A stretch of 64,000 nucleotides of DNA from an uncultured Candidatus Saccharibacteria bacterium (GTDB lineage: Bacteria; Patescibacteriota; Dojkabacteria; SC72). A model generated the notes under the pieces. That model was not told where the DNA came from, searched no databases, and was given only the letters and a program-made list of their open reading frames with translations. The translations under genes and the position numbers were made by a program. Positions 18,750 to 28,876 of this stretch are shown here, piece by piece. The stretch is from contig CAZEQZ010000001.1 in NCBI GenBank assembly GCA_964514595.1, forward strand, positions 331,847-395,846. The letters run 5' to 3'. Every line of letters starts with the position of its first letter. Position 1 is the stretch's first letter.

Positions 18750-20135
18750 ATGCACTCATTAAAAGATAGAAAAGTTCTGATATTTGGTCTTGGTTTAAAT
18801 GATGGTGGATTGGGTATGGCAGAGTATTTCCTAAAGCATGGCGCATTAGTTACCATAACTGATTTAAGAACAAAAGAACAACTATCTCCAATATTAGGGA
18901 AGTTAGAAAAGTATAAGGAGCAAATAACGCTACACTTAGGAGAGCATAGAGAAGAAGATTTTCTAAATAATGATATTATTGTTAGAAATCCTGCTGTTAA
19001 ACCAAATAGTGAATATCTACAAATAGCCCAAAAAGCGGGGAAACAGATTGAAATGGAGATGAGTCTTTTTCACAGACTCTCACCCTGCCCTATCATAGGA
19101 ATAACTGGGACAAGGGGGAAGTCCACAACAACTTCTTTAATATATGAATTTCTGAAGAAAAAATACGGAGGAAAAATATTTTTGGGAGGAAACATAGGAA
19201 GAAGTGCTATAAGAGAGGTGGATACTCTAACCAAGGATAATATTGCTGTTTTGGAAATATCTAGCTTTCATCTAGATGGTATGGGAGCAAATAAAGTATC
19301 ACCACATATTGCTGTTGTTACAAATATGTACATAGATCATCAAGATTGGCACGGTAGTATGGAAGAGTATATAAATGCAAAGAAGAACATATATAGATAT
19401 CAAGGGAATGATGATTATTTGGTTGTAAATATCGACAATGATATTACGAAAGAATTTGTGAAGGATTGTAAGTCCAATATTATCACCTACTCACTTAAAG
19501 ATACCCCTGCAAACTACTATATGGATGATAATATGCAGATATATTTAAATGGTGTACCTATACTAAAGCTTCAGTCGAAAGATGTAGCTTTAAAAGGAGA
19601 ACATAACATGTATAACATACTTTCTGCCATAGCTACAGCGAAAATATATGACATTAGTAATGAAGATATAGAGGAAGTCTTAAAAGATTTCAAAGGTGTA
19701 CCTGGAAGGCAAGAGCTTGTTAGAGAGCTTAATGGTGTTAAATTCTATAACGATACTACAGCAACCTCTGTAGAGGCTGTTAAAGCTATGTTTGAGAGAT
19801 TTTCAAAAGATTTCAGTGGGAAGATTATTATGATAGCAGGTGGCGTGGATAAAGGACTTGATTATTCATTGCTTGTAGACAATATGAAAGAACATCTAAA
19901 AGGTTTGGTACTTCTTGAAGGTACAGCCTCTGAGAGGATAAATGACTTAATGGGTGATTTTGATAATACGCATAAGTATTTTAATAATATGGAAAGTGCA
20001 GTTAAGAAGGCATATGAGTTAGCAAAAGATGGAGACATGGTAATACTGTGTCCAAGTGCTTCAAGTTTTAATATGTTCTTGAATGAATTTGATAGAGGTG
20101 ATCAGTATGTAAAGTATGTTAATTTGTTAAAATAA
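18750..20135 (+). CDS. murD: UDP-N-acetylmuramoyl-L-alanine--D-glutamate ligase
   Basis: GITGTRGKSTT, LEISSF, NDTTAT, GGVDKG, SASSFNMF..RG. Start moved to ATG 18750. Confidence 0.95.
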   Translation: MHSLKDRKVLIFGLGLNDGGLGMAEYFLKHGALVTITDLRTKEQLSPILGKLEKYKEQITLHLGEHREEDFLNNDIIVRNPAVKPNSEYLQIAQKAGKQIEMEMSLFHRLSPCPIIGITGTRGKSTTTSLIYEFLKKKYGGKIFLGGNIGRSAIREVDTLTKDNIAVLEISSFHLDGMGANKVSPHIAVVTNMYIDHQDWHGSMEEYINAKKNIYRYQGNDDYLVVNIDNDITKEFVKDCKSNIITYSLKDTPANYYMDDNMQIYLNGVPILKLQSKDVALKGEHNMYNILSAIATAKIYDISNEDIEEVLKDFKGVPGRQELVRELNGVKFYNDTTATSVEAVKAMFERFSKDFSGKIIMIAGGVDKGLDYSLLVDNMKEHLKGLVLLEGTASERINDLMGDFDNTHKYFNNMESAVKKAYELAKDGDMVILCPSASSFNMFLNEFDRGDQYVKYVNLLK

Positions 20136-20139
20136 TTAT

Positions 20140-21480
20140 ATGATAGATATACAAGGATTGAAGAAGGTTCATTTTATAGGCATCACCTCCGCTTTTTGTA
20201 GCTTCTGTGCTAACTATCTCATAGAGAAAGGGGTTAAAGTCACTGCATCGGAAGTTAATCAACAATCAGAGGATGCAAAAAAATGGATAGAGAGAGGTGT
20301 CTTGTATGAGGGTGGTCATAGTGGAAAATATATAACAGATGATTTGGATTTAGTTGTTCTTCCCACAGGTCCTATTCCAGGTAATCCAGAGTGTGTAGTT
20401 GCAGAAAGAAAGAATATTCCAACTATTCCAGTAGCTAAATTAACGGGAATAATTAGTAAAGAGTTTAAGACAATTGCCATAGCAGGTACACATGGGAAAA
20501 CAACCACATGTGCTTTAACTGTATGGATGTTATATAAGGCGTTAGGCTCTCTCCCAAACTTTGTTATAGGAGATCACATATTAGATATAGATAGATCATG
20601 GAACTACAATCCCGAGAATGAGTATTTTGTAGTAGAGGCATGCGAATACAAGAAACAATTTCTAGATAGAGCCCCTACTCCATATATTTCTGTCATAACA
20701 AATATTGAATTAGATCATACAGACTTCTTTAAATCGCAAGAGCAGTATAATGATGCTTTTGTGGAGTTTGTATCAAATACCACAAAAGCTTTGGTAGTCG
20801 ATACAAAGGGGAATAATATAGAAAATATTTTAAGAAAGATTAAGGAATACAACATAGAGATAGTTGATGTTGCTAATCTAAAGGATGATTGTTCTAATGT
20901 CACAGCGGGTCTCAGAGGTGATTATAACAAACAGAACGTACTAAGGGCATGTGGTGTAGCAGAATACTTAAAGTTAAATGTTGATATAGAGGATTTCCCA
21001 GGAGTAGCTTCAAGATTTGAATTTAAGGGTTCTACCATTAATGGTATGTCAGTATATCTTGACTATGCACACAATCCCACAAAGGTGAAGGCATGCTTGA
21101 GAGCTACGAGAGAGAGCTTCCCAGATAAAAAAATAATATTTGTGTGGCAACCGCATAGTTTTGAAAGGACATACTCTTTCAAAGATCAATTTGCAAAGAG
21201 TCTTGACGATACAGATATTTTATATATCCCCAATATTTTCGCACCCAACCGAGAGGAGAGAAGATATAAAGAATTAATAACTGAGGAAGAATTTGTAGAT
21301 TATCTTAAAGAGAAGAACCCTTCTAAAGAAATACTTTATACAAAGGATTTCGAAAATACCGCATCGCTACTCTTGGATAAAAAGTATAACTCTGATTATA
21401 TCTGTGTATTAGCCAGTGCAGGAGATTTGTATAAAATACTTCCCAGCTTGAAATTAGAAGATAATAAAGATGAAATATAG
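20140..21480 (+). CDS. murC: UDP-N-acetylmuramate--L-alanine ligase
   Basis: AGTHGKTTT, VEACEY, TNIELDH, DYAHNP, WQPHSFERT. Confidence 0.9.
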   Translation: MIDIQGLKKVHFIGITSAFCSFCANYLIEKGVKVTASEVNQQSEDAKKWIERGVLYEGGHSGKYITDDLDLVVLPTGPIPGNPECVVAERKNIPTIPVAKLTGIISKEFKTIAIAGTHGKTTTCALTVWMLYKALGSLPNFVIGDHILDIDRSWNYNPENEYFVVEACEYKKQFLDRAPTPYISVITNIELDHTDFFKSQEQYNDAFVEFVSNTTKALVVDTKGNNIENILRKIKEYNIEIVDVANLKDDCSNVTAGLRGDYNKQNVLRACGVAEYLKLNVDIEDFPGVASRFEFKGSTINGMSVYLDYAHNPTKVKACLRATRESFPDKKIIFVWQPHSFERTYSFKDQFAKSLDDTDILYIPNIFAPNREERRYKELITEEEFVDYLKEKNPSKEILYTKDFENTASLLLDKKYNSDYICVLASAGDLYKILPSLKLEDNKDEI

Positions 21481-23056
21481 CGAAATAAAAAAAGTAGTAG
21501 TTATTGGTATTGGAGGACGAGGTGCCTACTACATTGTTAAATTCCTTAATCTTCTAGATATAGTTGTAGAAGGATATGATCTAAAGGAATCAGAAAGAAC
21601 AAAGGAAATAGAGAGTTGGGGTGTAAAGATTAATTATAGGAATCCTCAACCAGGTGAGATATTTGATTGTGATTTTTTCATATATACGAATGACTTACTT
21701 AAAGAATTGCAAGAGCAAATAAAGGAGGACAATAGCGATAAGGAGGGTTTGGAATTAGGGAAATTCTACAAACAAATCATCAAAGATTTTGAGTCTGGGA
21801 ATATGAATGAGAGTGAGATAAAGGCTTTTAAAGATTCTAACATTGCTCCACTATTTGATATAGATACTTCAAAAATGAGGTATATAGCTATTACAGGTAC
21901 TGATGGGAAGACAACAACCTGTACTATGATCTACCATATGTTGAAAGATAATGGATTTAAACCTGCATTAATAACAACAGTTGCAGCATATATTGGAGAA
22001 GAAGAGATTGCGACTGGTTTGCATACAACGACTCCATCGTCCCAAGAACTATACGATCTTCTAAAACGAATAGAAACAGAGCAATGCACACATGTGATCA
22101 TAGAAGCCACATCTCATGGCTTAGAACAAGGGAGATTAGCAGGGTTAAAGTTTGATACTGTTGGATATACAAACATCACATCAGAGCATTTAGACTACCA
22201 CGGCAATTGGGATAGCTACTGCAATGCCAAAGCACTTCTAATAAAGGATCATCTTAAGGATGGTGGTTTAGTTGTATTAAATAAGGATGATAAATCCTTC
22301 GAAATACTCTCTAAACTTTCAAATAATGTTCTCACCTACTCTATTCTTCAAGTAGCAGATTTTGAAGGAAAAGATATAGAAGAGTTAAAGAATGGAATAA
22401 ATTTCGAGTTGAGAAATAAGGAAGAAACATTTCCTATAACTTTGCCAATTTTAGGGAAATATAATGTTTCTAATTTTCTTTGTTCTGTAGCAGTCTGCGA
22501 AAAAGAAAATATTACGATTGAGAAAATGAAAGATTCAATCATTTCTTTTAAAACAGTTAAAGGAAGAATGGAGATACTTAAAAAAGAACCGTATACCGTA
22601 ATTGTGGACTATGCTCATACCTCCAATGCTGTAGAGAATGCTCTTAAGTCTGCAAGGTTGATGGTGAAAGATGATGGAAAACTTATTCATGTTTTTGGTT
22701 GTGCAGGTAGAAGAGATTTCTATAAAAGACCTGAGATGGGAAGAATCTCAAATGAATTAAGTGATATTACAATATTAACGGCAGAGGATCCTAGATTAGA
22801 GAATTTAGAAGACATAAATGATCAGATAGAGAAAGGTTGGAGAGAGGGCAAGAATAAGAAAGGAAAGTTGTATAGATTTGACTATATGGATAAGAATGTA
22901 GAGGTTAGAAGAGATGCAATTAAAGAAGGTTTAGAATTAGCCAAGGGGAATGATGTTGTAATAATAACAGGAAAAGCTCATGAAGAATCTCTCTGCTTTG
23001 GGCAGATAGAGTATCCATGGAATGATATTGAGGAGAGTAAAAAACTAATAGCATAA
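21470..23056 (+). CDS. murE: MurE-family ligase with MurC-like N-terminal domain
   Basis: TGTDGKTTT, HTTTP, EATSHG, EHLDYH, DYAHT, FGCAGRRD, EDPR, TGKAHE; N-terminus VIGIGGRG. Confidence 0.9.
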   Translation: MKYSEIKKVVVIGIGGRGAYYIVKFLNLLDIVVEGYDLKESERTKEIESWGVKINYRNPQPGEIFDCDFFIYTNDLLKELQEQIKEDNSDKEGLELGKFYKQIIKDFESGNMNESEIKAFKDSNIAPLFDIDTSKMRYIAITGTDGKTTTCTMIYHMLKDNGFKPALITTVAAYIGEEEIATGLHTTTPSSQELYDLLKRIETEQCTHVIIEATSHGLEQGRLAGLKFDTVGYTNITSEHLDYHGNWDSYCNAKALLIKDHLKDGGLVVLNKDDKSFEILSKLSNNVLTYSILQVADFEGKDIEELKNGINFELRNKEETFPITLPILGKYNVSNFLCSVAVCEKENITIEKMKDSIISFKTVKGRMEILKKEPYTVIVDYAHTSNAVENALKSARLMVKDDGKLIHVFGCAGRRDFYKRPEMGRISNELSDITILTAEDPRLENLEDINDQIEKGWREGKNKKGKLYRFDYMDKNVEVRRDAIKEGLELAKGNDVVIITGKAHEESLCFGQIEYPWNDIEESKKLIA

Positions 23057-23230
23057 TTTCCAATATTTTAAGAATGGCTTCTTGTATATGCAGATATCTT
23101 AATTAAGTATTGATATTCAGATGTTAGGAGAATTTTGGGGTGTACTTAAACCGAATTCTAATATTATCACTGTAAATCTAATAAATGTAAAGATGTGTTA
23201 GGATATGATGTATGTAATTTTTAAATTTAT

Positions 23231-24412
23231 ATGTTTATGAGATATACAGGAACAGTAGTAAGAGGTATAAGAACCCCTATAATTAAACAAGGGGACGATT
23301 TAATAGATGTAGTGGTCTCTTCTCTCCTTAGGGTTTCAAAGGGAGAAAAGTTCCAATTTAAGAATAGGGATATTGTTGGTATTACAGAGGCTGTAGTATC
23401 AATATGTCAGAATAATTACGTAACTATTGATGAAGTAGTTAAAGATTTAAGGAAGAAGTTTCCAGTGGATGAGATTGGCATAGTTTTTCCAATACTTAGT
23501 AGAAACAGATTCTCTTTGATTCTTCATGCAATAACTAAAGCATTTAAGAAGGTTCATATACTCTTTAGTTATCCAGCAGATGAGGTAGGAAATCATTTGA
23601 TGAATGTAGATAAAATGGAGAAGCTAGGTGTTAATCCATATTCCCACTCTTTTGGTGAGCAAAAGTATAGAAAACTATTTGGGAAGAAAGTTAAACACGA
23701 ATTTACTGGTATGGACTATGTCGAATACTATAAAAGTATAGGGAATGGGAATGTAGTTGCACATTTTTCTAATGATCCAAAATATATACTCAAATACACG
23801 AAGAATGTGTTAGCATGTGATATACATACTCGGGAAAGAACAAAAAGAATTTTGAAAGTGAATGGAGGCAAATTGGTGTACGGTTTGGATGATATATGTT
23901 CAAGAAAAAGTAGTAAAAGAGGTTATAACAAGGAGTATGGTCTGTTAGGTTCTAATAGAATGGGAGAAGATAGGTTAAAACTTTTCCCGAGAGATGGAGA
24001 TGAATTTGTTAGGAATGTACAGAAGAGATTAAAAAAGGAGACAGGAAGGGATATAGAGGTGTTAATATATGGGGATGGTGCCTTTAAGGATCCTGTCGGA
24101 AAGATTTGGGAATTAGCAGATCCAGTTGTATCTCCAGGCTTCACAGATGGTTTAAAAGGAAGACCTAAAGAGATTAAACTTAAATATGTATCGGAGAATT
24201 GGAATAAAGAGGGGAAGCTGGATGATTATGTAAAGCAGATGATAAAGGAGAAGAATACAGAGAAATATGTCGTAGAGAAGTCATTAGGTACTACACCAAG
24301 ACAACTGACTGATTTACTTGGTAGTCTTTGTGATTTAACTAGTGGTAGTGGAGATAAAGGTACGCCTGTTGTTTTAATACAGGGGTATTTTGATGATTAT
24401 ACTGTAGAATAG
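23231..24412 (+). CDS. CofE-like (F420-0:gamma-glutamyl ligase family) protein
   Basis: GIRTPIIKQGDDL; GDGAFKDP; LCDLTSGSGDKGTPVVLIQGY. Confidence 0.85.
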   Translation: MFMRYTGTVVRGIRTPIIKQGDDLIDVVVSSLLRVSKGEKFQFKNRDIVGITEAVVSICQNNYVTIDEVVKDLRKKFPVDEIGIVFPILSRNRFSLILHAITKAFKKVHILFSYPADEVGNHLMNVDKMEKLGVNPYSHSFGEQKYRKLFGKKVKHEFTGMDYVEYYKSIGNGNVVAHFSNDPKYILKYTKNVLACDIHTRERTKRILKVNGGKLVYGLDDICSRKSSKRGYNKEYGLLGSNRMGEDRLKLFPRDGDEFVRNVQKRLKKETGRDIEVLIYGDGAFKDPVGKIWELADPVVSPGFTDGLKGRPKEIKLKYVSENWNKEGKLDDYVKQMIKEKNTEKYVVEKSLGTTPRQLTDLLGSLCDLTSGSGDKGTPVVLIQGYFDDYTVE

Positions 24413-24919
24413 TTATATCTTCCTACTATCATAGGCCCAATGTAATACAGCTTGTCTCTGTTTCTTTCTACAATCCAAATCCAGTGGTATACAGTTTTTC
24501 TGTATCCCAGCTATATGTCTCTTTATAGCCCTCCATCTTTTAATCTGTCTTTCATCCTCTGGTGGTATTCTTCTTCCCATATAATATCTACAATACCATT
24601 GAAACCATCCTCTTGGATCTTCGTGATGTATCCAACCTTTCTGTCTCCAATACGATAGCGGCATACTAGCGTCTACCTTGAAAAAGTTAAGGGATATGTC
24701 TTTCTTTCGTGGAGATAGTTTAGCGTTAGTAAACCAATCCTTAGGGAATTCTTTAATACAATCAGTCATATACTTCCCACCAAATACTCCTAGTTCCAAC
24801 ATCTGTTTAGGAGTAAGTTCTGGTTCAAATTCAGGATCAAAATTTTTGCCAACAAGCTCTATGAGGTAATATACATAATTGCTTTGCATCTTATCATTTA
24901 CAATAACCTTTTTGTTCAT
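24413..24919 (-). CDS. Conserved hypothetical protein (LGVFGGKY / DPRGWFQWYCRY type)
   Basis: Start at 24919 overlaps the stop of the upstream peptidase (TAATG). Confidence 0.8.
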   Translation of the reverse strand: MNKKVIVNDKMQSNYVYYLIELVGKNFDPEFEPELTPKQMLELGVFGGKYMTDCIKEFPKDWFTNAKLSPRKKDISLNFFKVDASMPLSYWRQKGWIHHEDPRGWFQWYCRYYMGRRIPPEDERQIKRWRAIKRHIAGIQKNCIPLDLDCRKKQRQAVLHWAYDSRKI

Positions 24920-25908
24920 TAATGTTTGGTTATTTTTATACTTGCAGAGGAAGCAGTAAGATCGAGGGTACACTCTCCTCCCACAGGAAAGGTTATCTTA
25001 GGATCTGTGTGACCGAAATCAACATTGGCAACCACAGGTATACCTTCTAGCTCTTTTTTATTCTTTATCATTATTTGTAAATCCTCTTTTGACACCTCAC
25101 TATCCCTCTGGAACCTCCCTATTACAATCCCTTTGACACCAGAAAACCCTTTTTGATGTATTATGGAGTGTAGATCTCTATCAAAATTAGTAGCCCTTGA
25201 TTCGGAATCGTCCTCTAGAAACAGTATGGAATCTTTAAGAGAAGGCATATACTCAGTTCCTTGTATTAGGTTGAAAGTACAGAGATTAGCTCCTAAGATA
25301 GTACCTTTAGTCTTTCCTTCATTTATAACCCAGTATCCATCATTTTTAACATTATTTCTTTCATCTTGGTTTATATACCAAGCATCATCATTCCACTCTT
25401 TGCTTGGCAAAAGATCAAACTCATCATCTTCAAAAAGGCACTTCATAAGATATTCAGGTGTATATGGGTCTAATATTTTCTGTCCAAATGTTGAATAATG
25501 CGGACCAGAGTATGTGACTAACCCGGTTTTAGCATATATTGCATTGTTGAGTGCTGTTATATCAGAAAAGCCGCAGAATATTTTGGGGTTATTTTTAATA
25601 ATATCCCAATCTATGTAGTCGAGTATCTGATTACAGTTAAAGCCACCAATTATTGTAAATATTGCTTTAACACTACTATCTAAAAAGGCCTCATGGAGAT
25701 CAGTTACTCTTGATTCTACCGATGAAGAAACAAAATGGTCTCTTTCTTCTACATTTTTACCAAAGGTCACTCTCAGATCTAGTTTATTTTCGAAGTACTC
25801 CTTCGCATATTTCCTACTATCTTCCCCTATCATGCTCATAGAGCGAGATGGGGCGATGACTCTAATGGTGTAACCTTTTTTTAATTTGTTTGGGTATATT
25901 TTATTCAT
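24919..25908 (-). CDS. S66-family LD-carboxypeptidase / MccF-like peptidase
   Basis: GFSDIT (Ser), LFLED (Glu), DFGHT (His) triad. Confidence 0.9.
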   Translation of the reverse strand: MNKIYPNKLKKGYTIRVIAPSRSMSMIGEDSRKYAKEYFENKLDLRVTFGKNVEERDHFVSSSVESRVTDLHEAFLDSSVKAIFTIIGGFNCNQILDYIDWDIIKNNPKIFCGFSDITALNNAIYAKTGLVTYSGPHYSTFGQKILDPYTPEYLMKCLFEDDEFDLLPSKEWNDDAWYINQDERNNVKNDGYWVINEGKTKGTILGANLCTFNLIQGTEYMPSLKDSILFLEDDSESRATNFDRDLHSIIHQKGFSGVKGIVIGRFQRDSEVSKEDLQIMIKNKKELEGIPVVANVDFGHTDPKITFPVGGECTLDLTASSASIKITKH

Positions 25909-25949
25909 AGATATAATGTATCACAGAGATATTGGAAGAGCAAGGTTTA

Positions 25950-25979
25950 TTGAAGAAGTATGCCCCATAGTGATATAAT
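25950..25979 (+). promoter_or_regulatory. Promoter containing the CCCCATAGT motif (25963-25971)
   Basis: TTGAAG, 18 bp spacer including CCCCATAGT, TATAAT (25974-25979). Confidence 0.55.
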
Positions 25980-26028
25980 CCATGTTGCCGTCAAATTGCT
26001 CATAAAAACATAAAAAAGGGAGATAGAA

Positions 26029-26289
26029 ATGCAATATGCTGATATTATTGTGATAGAGGATCCGACAGGAAAAATTGTCCTTTGGGACATACTAGAATTT
26101 GAATTAAATCCTAAGGAATTCCTGCGAATATCGGAAGAAGTAAGTAAAATCACGCAATGTAATGAAGAAAAGGAGTATATTTTACTTCTTTGTAATCCTC
26201 CTTTCAATGCAAGGGTTACTATTTGCTCTATAAATAAGAGCGAAGTTCTCTTGAAAGATCTATTCGAGAGAATAAAAAAGATGAACTAG
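26029..26289 (+). CDS. Small orphan protein
   Basis: SD AAGGGAGA, own promoter and downstream hairpin. Confidence 0.7.
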   Translation: MQYADIIVIEDPTGKIVLWDILEFELNPKEFLRISEEVSKITQCNEEKEYILLLCNPPFNARVTICSINKSEVLLKDLFERIKKMN

Positions 26290-26299
26290 ACGGAACAAT

Positions 26300-26353
26300 A
26301 ATCTGCCCAGGGGTGCTTTAGCACATTTTTAATATAAAGTACCCCTTCAGATT
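26300..26353. terminator. Imperfect long hairpin after the orphan gene
   Basis: AATCTG..AGGGGTGCTTTA / TAAAGTACCCCT..CAGATT. Confidence 0.55.
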
Positions 26354-26359
26354 TAAGAA

Positions 26360-26557
26360 TTATGAACTCTTCTTTTGAAAAAACTTTATATACAGTATTG
26401 GTAATATACCTACTGTATTAAATATCAATATACATACAAACCACGACAATTGATTATTCCTAGCAGATTTCCATAATGCTATGGATTTCCAGACCCCTTC
26501 CCATATTGATAGCAATAAGATAAAAGGTATATATCTACTAATTATATCTATATCCAT
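26360..26557 (-). CDS. DUF5652-like small membrane protein
   Basis: WK.IALWKSARNNQ..WF..I.NT.GILPI.Y pattern. Confidence 0.8.
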   Translation of the reverse strand: MDIDIISRYIPFILLLSIWEGVWKSIALWKSARNNQLSWFVCILIFNTVGILPILYIKFFQKKSS

Positions 26558-26574
26558 ATTGTTATATTAACAAT

Positions 26575-27099
26575 TTAAATCTTAGGCGGTGTAACACCAT
26601 CTTGATTAGAATATTTACTCTCCTTACCTCCTACTATCTTTTCACTTAGTTTAGCAAACAGATATGTACCAATCTTCTCACCCTTATGTAATACAATATT
26701 ACAATTTCCTAAATTCTTTATTTCTAATACGGAATTTTCATTATTGAAAGGTATTCCATCTAATACTAATGCTGTAATATGTATAGTCATCCCTACTCTA
26801 GCAAATGTAGATCTACCATCTACCATGGTTATAATGTCCTTGTCTGTCCTTACACTCTGAAGTGTAGAGCCTAAAACAAAATCATTAGGTTTTAAAATAT
26901 ATGGACCCTTAGATAGATCATGTTTGTCATATTTTAATTCTTTTGGCTTCTGAGTATCTACTGTTTGATTAGGTTTAGGTATAAGTAATTCAGGACCTAA
27001 ATTCATAGTTATTCCCTTAGTCTCAATATGTAGTTTTCCTTTTACAATAATCTTCCCCTTTTGTATGTATTTGCTAATTGTTTTATTCGAAAGAAACAT
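26575..27099 (-). CDS. dcd: dCTP deaminase
   Basis: DGRSTFARVGMTIH; LEIKN; KYSNQ.G.TP. Confidence 0.85.
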   Translation of the reverse strand: MFLSNKTISKYIQKGKIIVKGKLHIETKGITMNLGPELLIPKPNQTVDTQKPKELKYDKHDLSKGPYILKPNDFVLGSTLQSVRTDKDIITMVDGRSTFARVGMTIHITALVLDGIPFNNENSVLEIKNLGNCNIVLHKGEKIGTYLFAKLSEKIVGGKESKYSNQDGVTPPKI

Positions 27100-27201
27100 G
27101 GCAATATGTATACACTTAATACATATATATTACATCATATTATAACTAATTCATATATTATTAATTAAGTGATATACTAGAAAAATTTTTAACAAGAATA
27201 T

Positions 27202-27744
27202 ATGGATAAGGTAGAAAAAGCTATATACTTTGCAACAAAAGCACACAATGGGCAAAACAGGAAGATGGAAGATGTAGCGATGATATTTCACCCATTTACT
27301 GTAGGAATGATACTCCAAAGAGCTGGATGTAGCGATGATATTGTCATAGCAGGTCTATTACATGATGTCATAGAGGACACACCGTATACTAAGGAGGATA
27401 TTGAAAAGAGATTCGGAAAAAAGATTGCAAATATTGTAGATGGGGTTTCAGAATCAGATAAAAGCTTACCTTGGAAAGTGAGAAAACAAGAAACTATAGA
27501 TCATGTTAAGGGTTCAAGTATGGAGGAAAAGCTTGTAGAGTGTGCAGATAAAATAAATAATCTAGAGTCAATATATATAGATTTGCAAAGAGAGGGAGAA
27601 GAGGTGTGGAATAAGTTTAAGAGAGGGAGGGAGGATCAGGAGTGGTACCATAGGAATGTTTTGGAGAGTATAGTGGCCAATACAGATGAAAAGCACCCAC
27701 TGTTTAAAAGACAAAAGAAATTAATTAAAATGGTATTTGGTTAA
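27202..27744 (+). CDS. Stand-alone HD-domain (p)ppGpp hydrolase-like protein (Mesh1/SAH type)
   Basis: AHNGQNRK, HP, LLHDVIEDT, ADKINN. Confidence 0.85.
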   Translation: MDKVEKAIYFATKAHNGQNRKMEDVAMIFHPFTVGMILQRAGCSDDIVIAGLLHDVIEDTPYTKEDIEKRFGKKIANIVDGVSESDKSLPWKVRKQETIDHVKGSSMEEKLVECADKINNLESIYIDLQREGEEVWNKFKRGREDQEWYHRNVLESIVANTDEKHPLFKRQKKLIKMVFG

Positions 27745-28418
27745 CCTCCCCTATTCTGTACTCTAAATAGTATATTTCTAAGTAGTGTTTTAATGGATAT
27801 CTTTTTAAAGAAAATATATCCTACTAATGAGAATGGTATCATTACACTAAATACCCTTATGGTGGTTATCAATATATTACTACTTCCTTGCATAACATAT
27901 ACCATTACAACAGCCCAAGGTATCATACATATTACCGTCATAATCATATAAGTAGTGAACTTAATATCTGTTAGTCCAAAAGCATATGATGCAAAATCAT
28001 TCATATAGAAGGTTAAAAATCTTAGTAAAAGATATTTCTTTGTGCTAAGTCCTCTAACAATATCCTCTACAGTATTAACTCCTTCTTTCCCTACAAAAAA
28101 CTTAAGTACAGATTTCCCATATCTTTTTGCAATCAGAAAGTTTGTAATGGATGTAACTAACCATACTAATATCATGTATGCAATAGCTCTTTGGCCAAAC
28201 AGTATAAATCCAGCTACGAATAATACAGAGGTACTTAAGGGAGCAAATATTTGTCCTACTATCTGTATAAGTACGTATAGTATTGGAGCGTATATCCCAG
28301 CTTGCAAAACATACTCTACTACCTCTTCCGTGGTATATATGTTAGAGATGTATAAAAGGGAGAGTATAAGGAATATAGATAATATTATAACTAGTAATCT
28401 TTTATATTTTTTTAACAT
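27741..28418 (-). CDS. TVP38/TMEM64 (VTT/DedA) family membrane protein
   Basis: Hydrophobic; APL..., LLRF, SYAFGLT motifs. Confidence 0.8.
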   Translation of the reverse strand: MLKKYKRLLVIILSIFLILSLLYISNIYTTEEVVEYVLQAGIYAPILYVLIQIVGQIFAPLSTSVLFVAGFILFGQRAIAYMILVWLVTSITNFLIAKRYGKSVLKFFVGKEGVNTVEDIVRGLSTKKYLLLRFLTFYMNDFASYAFGLTDIKFTTYMIMTVICMIPWAVVMVYVMQGSSNILITTIRVFSVMIPFSLVGYIFFKKISIKTLLRNILFRVQNRGG

Positions 28419-28475
28419 TGAAATATTATGTTAATAATGTACAATCTAAATATATAAATTGTTTAATTATATATT

Positions 28476-28859
28476 ATGAGTTATATAGATAATATAGAGG
28501 AACAGACATTGAATAATAGTAATTTTAGAAAGGTTCTATTTACAGGTAAATATATGCAACTAGTAGTTATGTGTCTTAAGGGTGGTGAAGATATAGGAAA
28601 TGAGGTACATAATAATGTGGATCAGTTTTTTAGAGTAGAGGAAGGAGAAGCTAAGTTTGTAATAGATGGAGTTGAGAGTGTTGTTGAAGAGGATATGGTT
28701 GCTATAGTTCCTGCAGGAGCAGAGCATAATGTTATTAATACATCTGAAACTGAGGATTTAAAACTATATACCATATACACTCCTCCTAATCATCCTGAGG
28801 GTACAGTGCATGAAACTCGAAAGGAAGCCATGGAGGCAGAGGAGGAACATCATCACTAA
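28476..28859 (+). CDS. Cupin domain protein
   Basis: EVH..VDQFFRVEEG; VPAGAEHNVIN; YTPPNH. Confidence 0.9.
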   Translation: MSYIDNIEEQTLNNSNFRKVLFTGKYMQLVVMCLKGGEDIGNEVHNNVDQFFRVEEGEAKFVIDGVESVVEEDMVAIVPAGAEHNVINTSETEDLKLYTIYTPPNHPEGTVHETRKEAMEAEEEHHH

Positions 28860-28876
28860 GTATAGCTTGGCAGAGA

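Noticed and set aside
23057-23230. Possible structured leader upstream of the CofE-like gene
   Set aside because: Only weak AT-rich pairing; no recognisable RNA family.
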